Positions 57,521 to 64,000 of a DNA stretch of 64,000 nucleotides are shown piece after piece. How positions within the stretch are numbered: position 1 is the first letter of the stretch; every line of letters begins with the position of its first letter. Source of the stretch: a virus; the IMG/VR virus record IMGVR_UViG_2786546706_000001, positions 4,285 through 68,284 of that record. One strand, given 5' to 3'. A program made the translations under genes and the position numbers. The notes under the pieces are model-generated. The model was not told where the DNA came from. It saw only the letters and a program-made list of their open reading frames with translations, and did not search any database.

Positions 57521-57949
57521 ATGAAAAGCCCGATTCTATACTTCGCCTACGGCTCCAACATGAACCCGTTCCGGATGGCACAGCGCTGTCCGGGCGCTTC
57601 CGCGCTCGGCGTTGCCATTCTGCGGAACTACCGGCTCGCCGAGCGGCTTTACGCCGACATCGACTTCCAGGAAGGAGCCGAGGTCCACGGAGTGCTGTTC
57701 ATGATTTCAGAACAGAACCTGCGGTCGCTGGACGCCCGCGAGGGCTACCCGAAGGTTTACCGGAGGATGTGGCTTCCCGTCGAATTCAACGGCGAGTCCT
57801 ACCTCGCGGTCACCTACGAGATGACCGCCGCGACCAAAGCCGCCAGGAGCGGCAAACGCTATCCCGAAGAATACCGGAAAATCTGCTCGGAAGGGGCAAG
57901 ATTCTATCGTGTAAAAAACAATTTCACAACCAGGAGGAAAAGAGCATGA
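57521..57949 (+). CDS. Gamma-glutamylcyclotransferase (AIG2-like)
   Basis: LYFAYGSNMN...RCP...V.GVL...LD.REGYP..Y. Confidence 0.88.
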   Translation: MKSPILYFAYGSNMNPFRMAQRCPGASALGVAILRNYRLAERLYADIDFQEGAEVHGVLFMISEQNLRSLDAREGYPKVYRRMWLPVEFNGESYLAVTYEMTAATKAARSGKRYPEEYRKICSEGARFYRVKNNFTTRRKRA

Positions 57950-58311
57950 ACACAGTCCAGATCATCGCCTACGGAACGCTGATGACCGGAGAATGCAACC
58001 ACCGCTACTGCCGGAATGCCGTCAGCATTCAGCCCTGCACGATCAAGGGAACGATCTACGACACCGGCTGGCATTTCCCGGCGTTCCGGCCGGAGGGCGA
58101 CAACACGGTCCACGCGGAGCTGATCGAAATCCCCATCGCCGACTGGCCCTCAATGGACCGGCTGGAGGGCTATCCCCGGTTCTACGACCGGATGCTGGTC
58201 CCGGCGACGCTGGCGGACGGCAGCACGGTCGAGGCGTGGGTCTACGTGATGAACACCATCCCGCCGCAGGCGCGGGTCATCGCCAGCGGCGACTGGAAAA
58301 ACAGAGAGTGA
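57946..58311 (+). CDS. Gamma-glutamylcyclotransferase (AIG2/YtfP-like)
   Basis: AYGTLM.G..NH...FPA...DRLEGYPRFYDR...AWVY...IASGDW. Confidence 0.88.
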   Translation: MNTVQIIAYGTLMTGECNHRYCRNAVSIQPCTIKGTIYDTGWHFPAFRPEGDNTVHAELIEIPIADWPSMDRLEGYPRFYDRMLVPATLADGSTVEAWVYVMNTIPPQARVIASGDWKNRE

Positions 58312-58318
58312 GGGCATT

Positions 58319-58528
58319 ATGGTGAATACGGTTTTGATCGAACAGTCGGCGAAAAACATCAAACTCGCAGAGACAATCGTGCTGGCGGTGCTGTTCGCCA
58401 GCATCGCGGCCGGGCTGGGCGGGATGTATCTCTCGCTAACGCTGGGGATAGTGATGTTCATCCTCGCCGGGATCGCGCTCGTCGGCTTCATGGCCGTCCG
58501 GATCTGGCGCTGGTGGATGCATGGGTGA
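58319..58528 (+). CDS. Small two-TM membrane protein
   Basis: Two hydrophobic helices. Confidence 0.55.
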   Translation: MVNTVLIEQSAKNIKLAETIVLAVLFASIAAGLGGMYLSLTLGIVMFILAGIALVGFMAVRIWRWWMHG

Positions 58529-58707
58529 GCATCATGTGTGAACATTGCATCGACTGCTTCTTCCGGGATGAGGACGGCGACCGGGAACAGTGCATTTTCG
58601 ATCTCGAAAATCCGGTCGAGATCAACTATTCCGATCCGGCCTGCGAGCACTTCGAACTGAGCGAGACGGCGGCCGCAGAACGGCGCAAGGCTCCCGGCGA
58701 ACTGTAA
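58513..58707 (+). CDS. Small Cys-rich hypothetical protein
   Basis: C..C.DC...C...ACEHF. Confidence 0.5.
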   Translation: MDAWVSIMCEHCIDCFFRDEDGDREQCIFDLENPVEINYSDPACEHFELSETAAAERRKAPGEL

Positions 58708-58735
58708 GCGAACACTTTATTTGGAGGAGACGCAA

Positions 58736-59104
58736 ATGAAAGAGAAAACAATCTGGCATCCCGCCTCGGAATTTCCTGAGAGCGGCGCGTATGTTCTGGT
58801 CGTGTACAACGGCCGCCTTCGGGAGCAGACCGTACATCAGAAAATCATGGCGGACTTCTTCGAGACCAGCCACGGCGATCACGCAATGGCGGTCGGATAT
58901 TTCCATCCGACTTGGGGCGCGGCGCTCGACAGGCGGACCCATATACCCGGCGTGAAATATCCGAAACGGACACCGCAGACAAATGCGGCAATTGTAGATC
59001 AAATCGGCGGCCCGATTGATTTCTGGCAGAACGTGAAATGCTGGGTCTACGGCAAGGACATCTTCGCACTGATTCCGAAACCGGAAGGGAAAAAATCAAA
59101 ATGA
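58736..59104 (+). CDS. Hypothetical (DUF551-like N-terminus)
   Basis: IWHPASEFPE...VLV; GGAGG RBS. Confidence 0.6.
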   Translation: MKEKTIWHPASEFPESGAYVLVVYNGRLREQTVHQKIMADFFETSHGDHAMAVGYFHPTWGAALDRRTHIPGVKYPKRTPQTNAAIVDQIGGPIDFWQNVKCWVYGKDIFALIPKPEGKKSK

Positions 59105-59161
59105 CGGCTTCCCTTTCAGGCGTTTCGGTGCTATATTATATTGCAACACAGCGGAGTTTCC

Positions 59162-60808
59162 ATGCCAACGTTTCATAATCAATTTCAGCCCCGTGCCACC
59201 CGCACGACTGTCTATCAGCTTCGTGCCGATGTCCAGTGTCCGGACGACATGGAAAATTCCTTTTCCCGGATCATCGGGCTGATTCTTCCATTCGTCGCAA
59301 AATCTCTCTATACGAAACTGCCGCCCGAAGCGGCGGAACATCGCAGCTTTGAAATCCAGGACGAGAACCGCCAGTGCGAATGCGTCGCCGTCCCGGAGCG
59401 GATGCTGTGGGCGATCCGATTCAAATTCACCAGCAAGGACGGGACGTTGTGGTATTACGATGTTTCTCTTGTCCGGGAAGATGACCGGCTGATTTTCGGC
59501 ATGAAGATCGATACGGCTTTCGGGGCCGACGTGAAGGCTTTACAGGCAAACCTGCCGCTGGTCGAGTCTTTGCTCGGGTGCGGCCTCCTCGCGCAAGGAC
59601 GGCCCGTTACGGCCAATCTGTGGCTGGTCAACACGCCGGAGGACGTTCCGGAGCTGGTTGCTCTGCTGGAAGCCCCTTACCGGTCCCTGCCGGTGATCGT
59701 CATTTCCGCCGTAAACCGGAATGCGTGGCGTTTCACGCCGACCGCTCCCGGATATCTGGTCAACGCCGCTTACCTGGCGGACAAAGTTAAGGGTTACGCC
59801 ATCGTCGCGCAGATCAGTTTTCAGGCTGCATTTGCCCTGACCGAGGCGGTCGGCAAGAGCTGGTCTGTTTACGATGGAGCCTGCCGGACCTATTTCCCGA
59901 AGATCGATTTCGACAACGGTTCCCCGGCGCACCATCCCGGTAATTTCAAAGACAAGATCTGGTTCTGGAATTACGAAGGGTTGCGCGGAGAACGGGGCTA
60001 CACGGCGTTTCTGATCGACACCGCCCATCGGGTCGCGTCCACCAGCCGGACCGACTGGAGCGGCCTTTACTTCGTGCCGGACGCCCGAATTCTCGCCGCC
60101 GAACTGGAATGGGCCCACGCAATGCACCTCGCCAACGCCCCGGAACGGGAACTGGCGATGCAGAACCACATCGCCGCGCTTCAGCGGAAGCTGCAGACGG
60201 CGGAAGATGAGAACGCCGACTGGCTGGGCGAACTGGAAAAGGCGACCGAGGAAGCCGAATACTACAAGCAGGAGAACGCGGCACTCCGGGTGCAGCTGGA
60301 TGCTCTCCGCGCACACCTGATCCGGCAGAGCGGCGAGTCCCCGGACAAGGAAATCCCAATTCCGAACAACTACAAGGTCATGGGCGAATGGGTGAAGGAA
60401 CACCTCGCCGGGCGGCTGGTTCTGCTCCCGCGCGCGGAACGGGCCGCGTCAAAGGCTGAATATGCCGAGGTCGGGATGGTTTACCGGGCCTTGCTGATCC
60501 TCGCCAACGAGTATCGGGACTCCCGGATGGGCACGGGAACTGACAAGGCGTTCCGGGATGCGCTCGCCCAATTCAGCATGAACTTCTCAGGTTCCATCGA
60601 CAAGAGCCGCGCCGGACAGGAGGGCGAGGCTTACTACGTCAACTATCCCATCGGGACCGATCAACGGGCGTTCCTGCAGTTCCACGTCGTCAGGGGAAAC
60701 TCCCGCGAGGACCGCTACTGCATGCGGATCTACTTCTTCTGGGACGAGGACACCAACCAGGTCGTGGTCGGCTGGCTCCCGTCCCACCTCAGCAACCGGA
60801 TCAGCTGA
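59162..60808 (+). CDS. Coiled-coil protein with C-terminal RelE-like motif; candidate defence protein
   Basis: 548 aa; central coiled coil; FH...G...RYCMRIYFFWD....VVVGWLPSHL. Confidence 0.65.
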   Translation: MPTFHNQFQPRATRTTVYQLRADVQCPDDMENSFSRIIGLILPFVAKSLYTKLPPEAAEHRSFEIQDENRQCECVAVPERMLWAIRFKFTSKDGTLWYYDVSLVREDDRLIFGMKIDTAFGADVKALQANLPLVESLLGCGLLAQGRPVTANLWLVNTPEDVPELVALLEAPYRSLPVIVISAVNRNAWRFTPTAPGYLVNAAYLADKVKGYAIVAQISFQAAFALTEAVGKSWSVYDGACRTYFPKIDFDNGSPAHHPGNFKDKIWFWNYEGLRGERGYTAFLIDTAHRVASTSRTDWSGLYFVPDARILAAELEWAHAMHLANAPERELAMQNHIAALQRKLQTAEDENADWLGELEKATEEAEYYKQENAALRVQLDALRAHLIRQSGESPDKEIPIPNNYKVMGEWVKEHLAGRLVLLPRAERAASKAEYAEVGMVYRALLILANEYRDSRMGTGTDKAFRDALAQFSMNFSGSIDKSRAGQEGEAYYVNYPIGTDQRAFLQFHVVRGNSREDRYCMRIYFFWDEDTNQVVVGWLPSHLSNRIS

Positions 60809-60885
60809 TTCACATTCTCCTCTGTTGCACAGACGACAAATATAAACTATTGCCAACAAACAAGCCCATTTCCCTACTATTCGTC

Positions 60886-60914
60886 TTGAAATCTCTGTGC
60901 CCGGATGCTATATT
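60886..60914 (+). promoter_or_regulatory. Sigma70 promoter of RM operon
   Basis: TTGAAA-N17-TATATT with extended -10 TG. Confidence 0.6.
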
Positions 60915-60956
60915 AGCCACATCGCAACAAAATAATAAAGTTTCAGGAGTGGCACG

Positions 60957-61151
60957 ATGAACGACGAACGATGGCTTTCTGTTGAAGAGATTTCAGAATA
61001 CCTCGGAGTCGGCCGGGAAACCATTTATAACTGGATTGAAAAAAGAGCAATGCCCGCACATAAGGTGGGCAGATGTTGGAAATTCAAACGCCAGGAAGTA
61101 GATATCTGGGTGAAATCCGGTCAGGCCGCTGAAGGGAGCGGTGCAGTATGA
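60957..61151 (+). CDS. Excisionase-family HTH_17 DNA-binding protein
   Basis: RWLSVEEISEYLGV..ETIYNWI...PAHKVGR.WKFK...VD.W. Confidence 0.88.
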   Translation: MNDERWLSVEEISEYLGVGRETIYNWIEKRAMPAHKVGRCWKFKRQEVDIWVKSGQAAEGSGAV

Positions 61152-62365
61152 TGAAGAAATCAATGGACGATGAGATTCTGAGAGGGAAAATTATTGCCTT
61201 GCTGAAGGATTATGGGTCATCGTCATCGGACAGTGATTTAAACACTGCGGTGATGAACATGCTGAAAATTCTTCCACCGCCAGTTGTTAGGCTTAATGCC
61301 GAAAAATCGCTCCCCGTGCATTCGGCCTTGCGTAAAGACCAAATTCCCTATCCCCCTCCGAAAAAACATGAATTTACCTTCATAGACCTCTTTGCCGGGA
61401 TCGGCGGATTCCGCCTTGCCTTTCAAAAAGCAGGCGGGTTGAGTGTTTTCAGTTCGGAATGGGATGAGGCTGCCCAGAAGACCTACGAGGCAAATTACGG
61501 AGAGATTCCGGTCGGCGATATTCGGGCTGTTGATAAAGATGCCATTCCCGACCACGATGTCCTCTGTGCCGGTTTTCCTTGTCAGCCGTTTTCTCTTGCC
61601 GGAGTCTCTAAAAAGAACTCAATGGGGCGGGCAACCGGTTTTGAGGATCAGACCCAGGGAACGCTGTTTTTTGAAATCAAGGAAATCTTGGCCAAAAAGC
61701 GCCCTGCCGCCTTCATGCTGGAAAATGTCAAAAACCTATTCCGTCATGATCAAGGTCGGACATTTGAAATAATCAGACACACGCTGGAAGATGTTCTGGG
61801 ATACATCGTCAACTGGAAAATTGTGGACGGCAGCAAATGGGTTCCCCAGCATCGGGAAAGATTATTCATTGTCGGTTACAATCCGGATTTGATTGACATT
61901 AGGAAAGATGAAATCATCATTCCAACAGAACCTCACAAAGAAGAGCATTTTACGAGGAAGCAACTGCGTGACATTATCCTTCCTGCCGTAGACGGCTACA
62001 CGCTTGGTCCGGGGACTTGGGATACTCTTGAACGTCACAAAGCACACCATGAGGCAGAAGGCAACGGCTTCGGATACGGTCTGCATACAGTTCCCATTAA
62101 GGAAAACGAAATCACCCGGACTATTTCCGCCCGTTATCACAAAGACGGAGCGGAAATTCTCATAGAGCAGCCGGGTAATCGTCCGCGACGCCTGACCGTT
62201 GAAGAGGCCATGCAGTTGCAGGGCTATGATCCGGAGCATTTCCTTTTTCCTGTCTCCAAAACTCAGGCATACAAGCAAATCGGGAATAGCGTTGTATGGC
62301 CTGCGATTCATTCATGTGCATTGGAAATCGCCAAGGTTCTGAAAAACCGGAGAAAGAAGAAATGA
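61148..62365 (+). CDS. dcm: DNA (cytosine-5) methyltransferase, Dcm/M.EcoRII-like
   Basis: FIDLFAGIGG, GFPCQPFS, ENV, PQHRER, TISARYHKDGAEILI, YKQIGNSV. Confidence 0.92.
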   Translation: MMKKSMDDEILRGKIIALLKDYGSSSSDSDLNTAVMNMLKILPPPVVRLNAEKSLPVHSALRKDQIPYPPPKKHEFTFIDLFAGIGGFRLAFQKAGGLSVFSSEWDEAAQKTYEANYGEIPVGDIRAVDKDAIPDHDVLCAGFPCQPFSLAGVSKKNSMGRATGFEDQTQGTLFFEIKEILAKKRPAAFMLENVKNLFRHDQGRTFEIIRHTLEDVLGYIVNWKIVDGSKWVPQHRERLFIVGYNPDLIDIRKDEIIIPTEPHKEEHFTRKQLRDIILPAVDGYTLGPGTWDTLERHKAHHEAEGNGFGYGLHTVPIKENEITRTISARYHKDGAEILIEQPGNRPRRLTVEEAMQLQGYDPEHFLFPVSKTQAYKQIGNSVVWPAIHSCALEIAKVLKNRRKKK

Positions 62366-63579
62366 ATCCTGAAAAGGACTATAAAAACATATCCTTGACA
62401 CAGTTTCTGGAGATTTTGGACCAGAAACGCTTCTTCTGGCTCATAAAACGCCTTTCTGGGAATGATACAGGAATTACCGGCGGTCATCAGTCGGGGATTT
62501 ATGTTCCCCGACAGTTCATGGAGGCGGTTGTCCCCTCTGTGGTCACCACGGAGGAGTATAATCCTACACGAGAAATTTCCTGCTACATCCCAAGTCAGGA
62601 CTGTCTGAAAACAGGAATTCAGGCGAAGTATTACAACAATAAGTATTTCCCTGAGAAGGAACTGAAAAAGAAATACGATGAATTCCGACTGACCCGCTGG
62701 GTTGGGACTCCTTTGCAGGACGTGGAAAACACGGGAAGTATTTGCATCCTTGCCGGAGCATGCAGAAATGGAGAAACAGAACTGCTCGGATGGGTAAGTA
62801 ATTCTGCGGAAGAAGAAGACCTCATCGAGTATTGGCTCGGAAAAGATGTCGAGCCGGGACAGATGTATCTATCCTCCGCGCAAACCGAAAGGAAAGAACT
62901 TCCGATTTTGAAGCAGCTTCCAGTCGCATGGCTGAAGGCGTTTCCGTCAGGTCGTGACATTTTTAACTTCATCGAGGAAAGATTCCCTCAAAGTTCATGG
63001 ACGCGCTCAATTGACGAGCTCCTGCTGAAAAGACGAGATGTCGAATTTGACATTTTTTCCGAGGTGGAAAAACATGATGTCATTCCCAACATCAAAGATG
63101 GATTTTCTTCTGTCGATGAATTCATAAAATATGCGAACAGCGTGGCGAACCGCAGAAAATCACGCGCGGGAACATCTCTTGAACTTCATCTGGAAAGCAT
63201 TTTTCGATATGAGCAGTTGAAATTTGAGGCTCAGGTCGTCACAGAACAGAATAAAAAACCAGATTTCATATTCCCTTCCGGCAAAGATTACCATAATCCA
63301 GCATTCCCCAGCACGAAACTGCACATGCTGGCCTCAAAGACCTGCTGCAAGGACCGCTGGCGCCAAGTCATCTCTGAAGCAGACCGAATTGAGAAAAAAC
63401 ATCTCTTTACTTTGCAGCAGGGAGTATCCTCCAATCAGCTGGCGGAAATGTATCAGCATGGCATTGTTCTGGTTGTCCCGCAGCCAATCATTACGACATT
63501 TCCGGATGAATACCGGACAAAAATAATGAATCTGACCGGCTTTGTCGATTTTATAAAAACCAGTCAAAATGCGGGTTGA
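62362..63579 (+). CDS. EcoRII-like type IIE restriction endonuclease
   Basis: KRLSGNDTG.TGGHQ.G.Y (effector domain); NRRKSRAG.SLE.HL, KPDF.FP, KT.CKDRWRQV. Confidence 0.92.
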   Translation: MNPEKDYKNISLTQFLEILDQKRFFWLIKRLSGNDTGITGGHQSGIYVPRQFMEAVVPSVVTTEEYNPTREISCYIPSQDCLKTGIQAKYYNNKYFPEKELKKKYDEFRLTRWVGTPLQDVENTGSICILAGACRNGETELLGWVSNSAEEEDLIEYWLGKDVEPGQMYLSSAQTERKELPILKQLPVAWLKAFPSGRDIFNFIEERFPQSSWTRSIDELLLKRRDVEFDIFSEVEKHDVIPNIKDGFSSVDEFIKYANSVANRRKSRAGTSLELHLESIFRYEQLKFEAQVVTEQNKKPDFIFPSGKDYHNPAFPSTKLHMLASKTCCKDRWRQVISEADRIEKKHLFTLQQGVSSNQLAEMYQHGIVLVVPQPIITTFPDEYRTKIMNLTGFVDFIKTSQNAG

Positions 63580-63580
63580 T

Positions 63581-64000
63581 ATGGATTCCCTGACCAAAGA
63601 GAAACGCAGTTGGAACATGAGCCGCATCCGGTCGAATGACACGACACCGGAACTCGCGGTTCGCTCGTTTCTCTTCCGTCATGGATTCCGCTTCCGGCTG
63701 CACGTCAAGACTCTGCCGGGGCATCCAGACATCGTGTTGCCGAAACACAAGACTGTCATTGAGGTCCGCGGTTGTTTCTGGCATCGGCATCCCGGATGCC
63801 GACAGGCGACCACTCCATCCACAAATGTCGAATTCTGGCTGGAGAAATTCAAGCGAAATGTCGAGAGGGATCGAAATACGGAAAAACAGTTAAAAGAACT
63901 CGGCTGGCATCTGATCGTCATCTGGGAATGCGAGCTGAAAAAAGACGGCTTTCTTGAAACTCTGCCGGGCAAAATAAAGGAACGCAAATCAGGAGCATAA
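63581..64000 (+). CDS. vsr: Very short patch repair endonuclease
   Basis: RSWNMSRIRS.DT.PE, LPG.PDIV, GCFWH.H, N..RD, IWECEL. Confidence 0.93.
   Translation: MDSLTKEKRSWNMSRIRSNDTTPELAVRSFLFRHGFRFRLHVKTLPGHPDIVLPKHKTVIEVRGCFWHRHPGCRQATTPSTNVEFWLEKFKRNVERDRNTEKQLKELGWHLIVIWECELKKDGFLETLPGKIKERKSGA

Noticed and set aside
60957-61151. Phage excisionase marking an att site
   Set aside because: No integrase nearby; it is translationally coupled to the RM methylase and more likely a regulator.
1-64000. tRNA/rRNA genes, IS elements, introns
   Set aside because: None recognised by eye; a covariance-model search would be needed to exclude small RNAs.

Overview
Most of a ~60% GC temperate siphovirus-like (pro)phage genome; no integrase or att site lies in the window. 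Host is inferred, not shown, to be PVC-group (Lentisphaerota/Planctomycetota-like). A leftward arm (1-21 kb) runs LexA-like repressor + two unknown regulators, ECF-type sigma factor, recombination/replication genes (RecE-like, ParB-like, AAA_24, mini-NrdD, DUF669, RusA, SF2 helicase, RNA ligase, BRO, primase), ParB-DNA methylase, SAM synthetase, half-size PnuC-like protein and a GpA-type terminase cut by the left edge. A rightward arm (21-50 kb) runs a giant C5 methyltransferase with a nested out-of-frame gene, lambda-type portal, protease-capsid fusion, tail genes (G/GT -1 frameshift), a 2132-aa tape measure with 15 x ~71-aa repeats, and receptor-binding modules. At 50-59 kb is a cassette of small genes (amidoligase, two gamma-glutamylcyclotransferases, DUF3846 etc.) organised by a repeated promoter, 5' hairpins and long nested inverted repeats; an EcoRII-type RM + Vsr operon ends the window. 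Top candidate novel system: an AIDA-I-like beta-helix protein with no signal peptide or beta-barrel, translationally coupled to an Aah/TibC-family O-heptosyltransferase inside the tail operon, suggesting a phage that heptosylates its own tail adhesin.
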